Source: a virus (taxonomy: Duplodnaviria; Caudoviricetes). From it: 64,000 nucleotides of DNA. Position 1 is the first letter of the stretch. Every line of letters starts with the position of its first letter. Position numbers and translations under genes: made by a program. Of this stretch, positions 26,601 through 34,084 are shown in pieces. The DNA is taken from positions 62 to 64,061 of the IMG/VR virus record IMGVR_UViG_3300032093_000121. The stretch is one strand, 5' to 3'. Below the pieces are notes generated by a model, which worked only from the letters and a program-made list of their open reading frames with translations, was not told where the DNA came from and did not search any database.

Positions 26601-27509
26601 CTACCTCGGTTTGTATCTGGAGCGGGGACGACCCTGCCCGAGCCTGACTCGCTCGTACTTGTCGAACTCGCAGAGTTGGAATTGGATGTCCGTCGGGTAG
26701 AGATGACCATATTCCGACGGCCAGTATTCTCCCTGGATTTCGGTGAGCTTGAGGATCACCTCCAGAGCTTGGGACGGACGGAGAGTGTTGTGCTCCGGCC
26801 AGTCGTGTCCACACAGTCGAGCGGCTCCCTTGAGGCCTCCAGGGCCGATCGGAGTCCACTTGCTGTAGTCGGCGGGGAACATGACGTCGTAGTCGCCCTG
26901 CTTCACCTTCGTCGTGTCCCAGAAGTCCGTCATCATGGTGTCAAGGAGGATCTCCTTGGTCATGAAGCCGGTGCCTCCAAAGCCGCCGATCACGGACATT
27001 GCACGAGCGACTTTCTCCCAGCTCCTTGTCATTTGAACGACTTGAAGCAACTCAGGAACCGCTGCGTGAAGATCCTTCATGAAATAGTTGACGACGACAT
27101 CCTGCTTCGGGGCACTGATGCCCTGATTGGTGACGACGTAGGCTCCGGTGAAGACCCTCTGCCCAGAGGCGAGGCGACGTCTCGCAGTGTCTGCGATCTC
27201 CTCGAAGTCGAAGGTGTCGTAGTCCTGCCAGCCGACGGCATCGGCGAACTCGTATGTCCCGAAGTAACGGAACAGAGCGCAGTTCATCAGGATCGAGCGA
27301 CGATCGTCATCGCGGTGTTCCGCATAGAAGTTCTCGCGGAGCATGGTCGTGGTCCAGTCGTAGTGACGACGGACGTTGGTGAACTTGAAATCCTGGAGGA
27401 TTTGATCGCTCGTCCAGGGACGAGGCAGGCCCGCCTCCTTACGGAGACGGACCTGCTCGCGCTCTGCCATAAAGGCGAAGAACGCGCCGGTGTTGACCGG
27501 CGCTTCCAT
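26601..27509 (-). CDS. 5-hmdU DNA kinase (aGPT-Pplase1 family)
   Basis: FF.FM.ERE.VR.RK.AG.P.PWT.D.IL..FKFTNVRR..D..T, FTGAY, GF...E, GPG, Q..LCEFDKY.R. Confidence 0.88.
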   Translation of the reverse strand: MEAPVNTGAFFAFMAEREQVRLRKEAGLPRPWTSDQILQDFKFTNVRRHYDWTTTMLRENFYAEHRDDDRRSILMNCALFRYFGTYEFADAVGWQDYDTFDFEEIADTARRRLASGQRVFTGAYVVTNQGISAPKQDVVVNYFMKDLHAAVPELLQVVQMTRSWEKVARAMSVIGGFGGTGFMTKEILLDTMMTDFWDTTKVKQGDYDVMFPADYSKWTPIGPGGLKGAARLCGHDWPEHNTLRPSQALEVILKLTEIQGEYWPSEYGHLYPTDIQFQLCEFDKYERVRLGQGRPRSRYKPR

Positions 27510-28279
27510 TACGCGGTCTTCGCAGCGGCGGCGTCGGCCTTGGCCTTGTCGTCGGCGGCCTTCTTGTCGGCCTTGGCCTTGTCAGCCGCAGCCTTGGCTT
27601 CGGCCTTCTCGGCATCCTTCTTGGCCTTGGCGTCGGCCTTGGCCTTGGCGTCGGCTTCCTTCTTGGCCTTGGCCTCTTCGGCCTTCTTGGCGCGCTCTTC
27701 TTCGCGCTTCTTCTTGGCCGCGTTGGGGTTCTCGAGGCCGTTGCGCTGATACCACGCGTCGACACCGGCCTGGAATTCTTCGTCGGTCGGGTCGTGCAGC
27801 TTGACGAAGCCGTTCTCGGCGTACCAGTAGATGTCGAGCGGCGTCATGTTCGCGCCCTCGATGGTCTCGAGAACGGTCATGCCGTCAGTGTAGTTGTTCC
27901 AGCGTTCCTTGACGCGATCGGGTTCCTTGATCTTTTCGATCTTGCGGAACATGCCGCGAGTCGGCCGCTTGACGGTGGCCGGTTCGGCGCCCTTGACGTG
28001 ACGGGGCTCCTTCGGCTCCTTGGGAGCAGCAGGCTTCTTGCCCGCCTTGGTGTCGGTCGAATTGGCCAGATCGGCCTCGGCAGTGCCGGCGAACTTCTGC
28101 AGGGCCTTCCAGGTCGCGTCCTTGGCCTGAGCGTGGTCCTTGAAGTTCTTGATGCGAGCGACGCCGAGGTTTTCGGCAACGAGGTTGCGAAGCTGAAGCA
28201 GGTCGGCTTCGCTCATGTTGTTCACCGACTCCTGCGTGTAGGCAGTCGAGTTGAACTGGACAGTTTCGGTATCAGCCAT
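27509..28279 (-). CDS. Candidate DNA-binding protein with a long Ala/Lys tail, paralog of 32..529
   Basis: AAGGAG SD, strongly C/G-ending codons, TAATG coupling to the kinase. Confidence 0.8.
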   Translation of the reverse strand: MADTETVQFNSTAYTQESVNNMSEADLLQLRNLVAENLGVARIKNFKDHAQAKDATWKALQKFAGTAEADLANSTDTKAGKKPAAPKEPKEPRHVKGAEPATVKRPTRGMFRKIEKIKEPDRVKERWNNYTDGMTVLETIEGANMTPLDIYWYAENGFVKLHDPTDEEFQAGVDAWYQRNGLENPNAAKKKREEERAKKAEEAKAKKEADAKAKADAKAKKDAEKAEAKAAADKAKADKKAADDKAKADAAAAKTA

Positions 28280-28339
28280 TTGATCGGTCTCCTTTTCTGA
28301 GGTCTGAGAGGACTGGTGTTGCTCCTCACTGGCTCAATA

Positions 28340-28368
28340 ACAATGGCACATCGCCACGCTCAGAGCAA
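28340..28368 (-). promoter_or_regulatory. Sigma70-like promoter heading the modification operon
   Basis: TTGCTC-N17-CATTGT. Confidence 0.45.
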
Positions 28369-28394
28369 CACCAAACATTCTGCCGCCGACGATC

Positions 28395-30251
28395 CTAGTC
28401 GGCGCAGTCCCCGGTACGAGCTCCCGTAACGGGATCGAACGAGCAGGCTTCACCCTCGACGACAGCCTGGAGTTCCACTCGCTGGATCTCTTCGGCGTTC
28501 ACCTTGGGTTCGTCCTTCTCGTCGTTCGACTTGACGACCTCGTCGTAGTTCCCATTGGGCCGATAAGTCGTGCAGCCCTTGGCTCCACCCTCGTAGGCCA
28601 TGAGATACAGGTTCTTGAAGTCGTTGTAGGGAAGGTTCGTCGGCACGTTGCAGGTCTTGCTGACGGCAGAGTCTGTGTGACGCTGAGCCATCGTGAGAAC
28701 TGCGACATGCTCCTCGGCGGTGACGTCTACCATGCGGCGACCGTGAACACCGAGCTTGTTGACGCCGAAGTCAGGGACATCGACGATGATTGGTCCTTCA
28801 GGCATGATGATCCGGCGCTGCTGGCTGTAGCCGAAGATTGGCTCGATGCCAGAGGACACGTTGTCAGCGCAGAACGAGATCGTGCCGGTGGGAGCGATCG
28901 ATGTCAGATGCGAGTTGCGGATGCCCTGCCGCTGAATCAGCTCCTGGACATCTTCGTCGAGCGACTGGATGAACTTGGACTGACCGTACTTCTCGGCGTC
29001 GAACAGAGCGAACGAACCCTTGGCAGCGGCGAGATTGGAACTCGCGATATAGCAGTGACGAGTGATGAAAGCGAGGATCTTCCCCTCGATCTCCACGAAC
29101 CCCGGCGAGCCGTAAGGATGACCCATTGCCTCGATAGCGTTGGCGAGACCGGTCACGCCGAGACCCATCCTTCGCTTCGATTGGGCTTCCTGGCGCTGCT
29201 GAGGAAGAGGATAGCGAGCGCGATCGACGATGTTGTCCATCGCACGAACAACTTGCGGAATGTCCTCTTCCAGGAGATCGTAGTCGAACTCCCAGGAGTC
29301 ACCGTTTTTGACGAGATATTGCGGCAGGTTGAACGAGCCCAAGAGGCAGGCTCCGTAGGGAGGCAGAGGCTGCTCGCCGCAGGGATTGGTCGCAGCGATC
29401 GTCTCGCAGTACCAGAGATTGTTCATCTTGTTGATCGTGTCGATGAACAGCACTCCGGGCTCCGCCCAGTCGTACGTCCCGCGCATGATCATTTCCCAGA
29501 GCGCCTGAGCGTCGACCTCGCGGTAGACTTCACCACCGAACCGGAGCGGGAACGGCTTCCCGCTGGCGAGGCACTCCATGAACTCGTCCGTAATGGCGAC
29601 GCTCATGTTGAAGCCGGACAGAGGACGAAGATCGTAGCGGTGGTGCTTCTTGATGAACTCCGCCAGATCGGGGTCCACCTGCTTCGAGCGAATGAACAGC
29701 TCGATATCCGGATGGTCCACCCGCATGACCATCATCTGCGCCCCGCGACGATTGCCAGCCGACGAGGTCGCTTTGCAGTAGTCGTTGAAGATAGGGGCGA
29801 AGGCCAGAGGACCGTCTGTGGTGGACTGGACACCACGGATGAGATCACCGCGAGGGCGAAGGGTGCTGAAGTCGTAGCCGACACCGCCGCCCTGACGCAT
29901 GGTGATCGCAGCCAGCTTGCCCATATCCGCGATACTGACAGGAGGGAACTGGCCGGGAAGGAGGGCCTTGATTTCCTCGTCGGTTGGACCGTCGGTGAAA
30001 CTGTCGTGGAAAGCTGGCATCACGAAGCAGTTGTAGGGAGTCACGTTCTTGAGACTTCCCATCGCCGACTGGACACGCCCAGGAGGCATGAAGCGCATCG
30101 TCAGAAGGATCTGCCGGAACGCCATATAGTGATCGTGATCGTCTTGGAGGGAAGCAGCGATGCGGTTCATCGCCTCACGAAAGTTCTCCCCCTTGCCGCG
30201 ATACTTCTCCGCGTGAGTAGCATCGCATTCAGGAACGCTTGGTCCAATCAT
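28395..30251 (-). CDS. nrdJ: Class II (adenosylcobalamin) ribonucleotide reductase
   Basis: NCFV, GGGVGYDFS.LRP, RRGAQM, NPCGEQ, APTGTIS, C-terminal Cys pair; no beta subunit gene seen. Confidence 0.92.
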   Translation of the reverse strand: MIGPSVPECDATHAEKYRGKGENFREAMNRIAASLQDDHDHYMAFRQILLTMRFMPPGRVQSAMGSLKNVTPYNCFVMPAFHDSFTDGPTDEEIKALLPGQFPPVSIADMGKLAAITMRQGGGVGYDFSTLRPRGDLIRGVQSTTDGPLAFAPIFNDYCKATSSAGNRRGAQMMVMRVDHPDIELFIRSKQVDPDLAEFIKKHHRYDLRPLSGFNMSVAITDEFMECLASGKPFPLRFGGEVYREVDAQALWEMIMRGTYDWAEPGVLFIDTINKMNNLWYCETIAATNPCGEQPLPPYGACLLGSFNLPQYLVKNGDSWEFDYDLLEEDIPQVVRAMDNIVDRARYPLPQQRQEAQSKRRMGLGVTGLANAIEAMGHPYGSPGFVEIEGKILAFITRHCYIASSNLAAAKGSFALFDAEKYGQSKFIQSLDEDVQELIQRQGIRNSHLTSIAPTGTISFCADNVSSGIEPIFGYSQQRRIIMPEGPIIVDVPDFGVNKLGVHGRRMVDVTAEEHVAVLTMAQRHTDSAVSKTCNVPTNLPYNDFKNLYLMAYEGGAKGCTTYRPNGNYDEVVKSNDEKDEPKVNAEEIQRVELQAVVEGEACSFDPVTGARTGDCAD

Positions 30252-30507
30252 CGAGTTCTCCTAACTTCTCCTGGGCCTTCGCCAGATGATATTGTGCCTC
30301 TTCAATCCACGACTTTCGTACCGTCCGCTTCACGATGGAAGTGACGATCAGAAAGCCTGCTCGGCATATGTGAACATGCGCCGAGTCTAGTATCTTCGCT
30401 ATCCCAGGACGATCAGTCGATGACCGCTCGTCAGTTCTCTCATCATAATTGGTTCGCTCCTCAGGAGCGGAACCGTGTCGACCTCTGGAGCTACGATCAG
30501 TATCCAT
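30229..30507 (-). CDS. Hypothetical protein
   Basis: Fills the gap; start uncertain. Confidence 0.35.
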   Translation of the reverse strand: MDTDRSSRGRHGSAPEERTNYDERTDERSSTDRPGIAKILDSAHVHICRAGFLIVTSIVKRTVRKSWIEEAQYHLAKAQEKLGELDDWTKRS

Positions 30508-30773
30508 CCTGCCTCCAGGAGTTTGTCCTCCGGGATCAGCTGCCTGATCTGTTCCGGATAATTACCACGAGGCCAGCCGGAGATACCCGGTTGACCGTGA
30601 CCTGATGTCGCTTCGTTCAGGATGGCGACGACAGCAGCGGCCATCTGCTTTGCCATGTCATCACCGGCCTTGACATAGGCCTCCTGAAGCTGCTCCGTGA
30701 GCTGAGCGATCGGGTTCACATTCGCACCACGGTCAGGCGCTCGGCCGCTCTCGTTATTCCCGTGTAGAGCCAT
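30399..30773 (-). CDS. Hypothetical protein
   Basis: Protein-like ORF from MALHGN. Confidence 0.5.
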   Translation of the reverse strand: MALHGNNESGRAPDRGANVNPIAQLTEQLQEAYVKAGDDMAKQMAAAVVAILNEATSGHGQPGISGWPRGNYPEQIRQLIPEDKLLEAGWILIVAPEVDTVPLLRSEPIMMRELTSGHRLIVLG

Positions 30774-31942
30774 CTCCAGCGATCCTTTCTGAATGAGAAG
30801 GACTCGTCGAACAGTAGGATGCTGTTCCACTGCGAGCCCTGAGACTTGTGAACTGTGAGAGCGTATCCGTAGTCAAACTCTTGCGCTTCCTTGCGCTCGA
30901 ACCACGGAAGGTCATCGCCCTTGCCGAGGAAGTAGTGCTCGTGAGCGAGAACGCTCTGAGCGAAGTTTCCTTCCTCTGGGTAGATGTCCATGACGACCTT
31001 GTTGTCCATAACGCCGCCGACGCTGGAGACATTGAAGATGGCTCCGTTCAGGAGGCCAGCGTCGTGGTCATTGCGAAGGCAGACCAGTCGGTCACCGATG
31101 ACTGGATAGGGATCGTCAATTCCCTTGAGAGTGCGGACCCGACGATTGGTGGCGAACCGAGTCTTGTTGCGACCGACCAGAATTTGATCAAAGGCGAGTG
31201 CCTCTTGGGGATCGATCTTTTCACCTGCGATGACGCGGCAATTGTCACCGAACTCGCCCAAGGAGAGAGGCTGCTCGTTCCGGACTTGGGTCGCCATCCG
31301 GATAATCGGGGAGTCCTCAGCCTGACGGTGGATCTCGTCCAACATGACATCTGGCTTGACGTTCTCGGTGAAGTACCCGGCTCCACCGACAGGAGGCAGC
31401 TGAGCAGGATCGCCCAAGACAAGGACTTTGACACCGAACGAAAGTAAGTCTGCTCCCATTCGTGCGTCAACCATAGAGCACTCATCAATGATGACGAGTT
31501 TGGCTTGTCGAACATCACTGTCAGGATTGAGAACAAAGAAGGGCTGTTTCAAGCTCTCCCTCTCTTGCTCAATCATTTTCCTGAGATCTTTCACACGAGG
31601 GCTTTTCTCAGGATCCTCTTTCTCATCAATTAGCTCATTGATAAGAGTTTGTAATTGTCTTTCCATGTCTACCAGAGAGGCTTTACCCTTTTCCCGTGAA
31701 TGATAGATCAAGGAATGAATTGTTGTTGCTCCAGGACATCCTTTTGATTGAAGGACATAGGCCGCTTTCCCAGTGAAGGCCGCGAACAAGACTGTTCCAT
31801 TTACGCCTTCTGCAAGGTGTTTCGCAAGAGTTGTTTTCCCTGTTCCGGCGTATCCAAACAGATGAAAAACCTGTTCGTCGCCGTTGAGGAGCCAGTCCCG
31901 GACCTGTGATAGTGCATCATTCTGTTGAGGCGACCAACGCAT
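30716..31942 (-). CDS. RecD/Dda-like SF1B helicase
   Basis: GYAGTGKT, TIHS, DECSMV, GDPAQLPPV, RQ, YALTVHKSQGS, YTGITRA. Confidence 0.92.
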   Translation of the reverse strand: MRWSPQQNDALSQVRDWLLNGDEQVFHLFGYAGTGKTTLAKHLAEGVNGTVLFAAFTGKAAYVLQSKGCPGATTIHSLIYHSREKGKASLVDMERQLQTLINELIDEKEDPEKSPRVKDLRKMIEQERESLKQPFFVLNPDSDVRQAKLVIIDECSMVDARMGADLLSFGVKVLVLGDPAQLPPVGGAGYFTENVKPDVMLDEIHRQAEDSPIIRMATQVRNEQPLSLGEFGDNCRVIAGEKIDPQEALAFDQILVGRNKTRFATNRRVRTLKGIDDPYPVIGDRLVCLRNDHDAGLLNGAIFNVSSVGGVMDNKVVMDIYPEEGNFAQSVLAHEHYFLGKGDDLPWFERKEAQEFDYGYALTVHKSQGSQWNSILLFDESFSFRKDRWRWLYTGITRAAERLTVVRM

Positions 31943-31969
31943 GGATATTCTTTCTATGAGAAGGTGCGA

Positions 31970-31999
31970 CCGGAGAGTAGGGAGGAGGAAACTCTCCGG
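31970..31999 (-). terminator. Hairpin after the SSB-like gene
   Basis: CCGGAGAGT...ACTCTCCGG. Confidence 0.5.
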
Positions 32000-32024
32000 T
32001 CGCAGGCTTCGTTCCGGGAGGAGG

Positions 32025-32876
32025 TTAGAACGGAGCCTTTTCGGGATCGTTGCCGCCAGCCGAGCCGCCACCACCTTCGGCAGTCGCAGACTGCTGTTGG
32101 TTGAAGTCAGCACGAGCGACACCCGAGAGTACCATGTCGCGGAAGTTCATCGCTTCCTGGAGGAGGTTTCCCTCAACCGAAGGATCGATCAGAGACTTGG
32201 CCCAAGTTTCCTTCAACGGACTGATGTTGAAGTTGAAGAAGGAGCCAGCCTCATTCTTCTGCTTGATGGTGCGGAGCCGAGCACGATTCGCGAACATCGG
32301 AGGCTTGCCCTTGATGAGATACATCGAGGTCAGCCAGTCGCGATACGGCTTGATCTTCGTGGAGCTGAAGGAAATCACCGCGAACGATTCGACCTCGGTT
32401 CCTTCCTCGTTCAGGATCAGCCCGTAGACGTAGTAGGTCTCAATGACCTCGTTGTCGCCGTGCTTGAACGAAATTCGCTTCCCATCAGTTCCCTTCGGCG
32501 GAATACGAGTTCCACCATTGTTCTTGATGAGATCCTTCACCAGCTCGCCGTTCGGGTCATGCAGAGTGACAAAGCCACCACCCTTGATGCGAGGAACCCA
32601 TTCGACCCACGCTTCCTCCTTATGAACAGGAAGGAAGATGACCTGCTCCGTCAGTTCGCCGGTCACGGTGTTGAGCATGAGTCCTGGCTTCGCGCCCTCA
32701 ATCGCACCTTCCTCGACTTCCGGCGAGTTTGACTGAAGGAGGTTGATGAACGGAATGGAAAGGTCAGTGCCTTTCGTATCCTCGAAGCCGACTCCGGCCA
32801 TTTCACCGTAATTGAAGTTTCCGACAGAAACTGCCGTTCCCTTTTCTTCGGCCTTTGCTACGTCTTTTCCAGCCAT
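32025..32876 (-). CDS. Putative ssDNA-binding / annealing protein
   Basis: G.E....DLSIPFI.LLQ.NSPE; flexible tail ending APF; lies between helicases. Confidence 0.6.
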   Translation of the reverse strand: MAGKDVAKAEEKGTAVSVGNFNYGEMAGVGFEDTKGTDLSIPFINLLQSNSPEVEEGAIEGAKPGLMLNTVTGELTEQVIFLPVHKEEAWVEWVPRIKGGGFVTLHDPNGELVKDLIKNNGGTRIPPKGTDGKRISFKHGDNEVIETYYVYGLILNEEGTEVESFAVISFSSTKIKPYRDWLTSMYLIKGKPPMFANRARLRTIKQKNEAGSFFNFNISPLKETWAKSLIDPSVEGNLLQEAMNFRDMVLSGVARADFNQQQSATAEGGGGSAGGNDPEKAPF

Positions 32877-32894
32877 GACTGGTATCCTTTCGTT

Positions 32895-33080
32895 GTTGAA
32901 CGTTGATGCCTCTACTTTAAGACAGCTGACCCGAGGCTCCGGTCAACCGAATTAGGATTGGAGGTTCAGGACACATCCTGCGTTTAGCTCAGCGGCAGAA
33001 CGGGCGAGACGTTCACTTGGGCGAATCCACTTGTTCCGAGCATTTCGTCCTCTGGGCCTTTCGATCCAGATCCTCCAATG
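32895..33080 (-). ncRNA. Candidate structured RNA leader
   Basis: ATTGGAGG/CCTCCAAT closing stem enclosing several hairpins. Confidence 0.4.
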
Positions 33081-33082
33081 TG

Positions 33083-33652
33083 TTAATTCGCTCCTTTGAT
33101 TTTCGAGAAGCGCTGACGGAATACGCCGAAGAGATCCAGCGGAAGATCGGAGCCTTCGCCAAGCTGTTCACGAACAAAGGCGTCCAGCGTCTGCCAATGA
33201 ACGTTTTCTTCCTTCTTGACGTTGAGCGGAGTCTTGGACTGTCCGAGTTGCTTTTCGAACTCTTTCGCCCATTCTTCTTGGTCACGACCAAATTCAATAA
33301 TGAAGCGCCGCTTGATGAGCGCACCATGACCGTTTTCGTTGAGCCACCCGAAAGCGAGAGGTTTCTTGTCGCTCGTGATGCTGGCTCGGATCTTCTCAGA
33401 GATCGTGATGGTACGACCATCGGGCAGATTGAGCTTGCCCTCGATACCATCCATCAGCTTGGGAATTTCGTGCTCGGTGATTCGCTGGAGGTTCTTCTTG
33501 GCCTCATCCAGCAGGAGCTCGAGTCGCTCCACTTCGGCCTGAGCGGCCTCTTGTTCGTCGGCAAGAGCGACGAGTGCTCCCATAAGATTTCCACCAGGAG
33601 CGATGGTAGATTGCTCTTTGAAAGCTGAATAGTCCGGAATATCTTCGCTCAT
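33083..33652 (-). CDS. Conserved phage replication-region protein (coiled coil)
   Basis: AAGGA SD before MSEDIP; AF.WL..NGHG.LIK, VH.QTL.AFVRE. Confidence 0.7.
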   Translation of the reverse strand: MSEDIPDYSAFKEQSTIAPGGNLMGALVALADEQEAAQAEVERLELLLDEAKKNLQRITEHEIPKLMDGIEGKLNLPDGRTITISEKIRASITSDKKPLAFGWLNENGHGALIKRRFIIEFGRDQEEWAKEFEKQLGQSKTPLNVKKEENVHWQTLDAFVREQLGEGSDLPLDLFGVFRQRFSKIKGAN

Positions 33653-33709
33653 GTCATGTCCTTTGTTATCCGTCACCGAGGGCCAGCACCGCGCCACCCC
33701 TCAGCCTAT

Positions 33710-33738
33710 GTCATAGCACCGCCCCGTTCATCTGACAA
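33710..33738 (-). promoter_or_regulatory. Motif-family promoter 9
   Basis: TTGTCA-gatgaac..(N17)-TATGAC. Confidence 0.6.
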
Positions 33739-33739
33739 G

Positions 33740-34084
33740 TTAAAACATTCGTACAGATATTTCAGCGTAGTCACCTTGACGACCAGACCACTGAAGGAGC
33801 TTGAGTTTTCCTCCGTTGTAATGCCCAGCGACAGCAGTGGCCATTCCAATGAGAGCAGGATTTCCAATCAGTAGCAAATAATCTTCATCACTGTAAGTCT
33901 TCAATTTATCATGAAGATCTCCAATGATGTTTTCGGGATTGAATGGGTGTGCGCTAGGACTCAAGAGATACTGAATTTGACCGAACTTCTCAGCTTTCTC
34001 AAGAGTACGGAATCTGGGAACCAAGTCCCCAGATCCTTCGTCGAAGCGCATTTGTTTCTGGACGACGAATACAGTCATATCCAC
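33740..34084 (-). CDS. Hypothetical protein
   Basis: VFVVQ, A.KFG, DYLLLIGNP, LQW. Confidence 0.7.
   Translation of the reverse strand: MDMTVFVVQKQMRFDEGSGDLVPRFRTLEKAEKFGQIQYLLSPSAHPFNPENIIGDLHDKLKTYSDEDYLLLIGNPALIGMATAVAGHYNGGKLKLLQWSGRQGDYAEISVRMF

Noticed and set aside
27525-27725. GGCCTT-rich tandem repeats as a CRISPR array or satellite
   Set aside because: They encode the Ala/Lys tail; no repeat-spacer structure
18956-30344. Long plus-strand ORFs (18956..20827, 23128..24405, 26367..27749, 28677..30344 and others)
   Set aside because: Antisense shadows of motif-bearing minus-strand genes with biased codon use; no motifs of their own
32975-33045. tRNA-like TTAGCTCAGCGGCAGAAC on the plus strand
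   Set aside because: No TTCGA T-loop and no matching acceptor stem
33035-33075. GGACGAAA suggesting a hammerhead ribozyme
   Set aside because: No CUGANGA core in the required position
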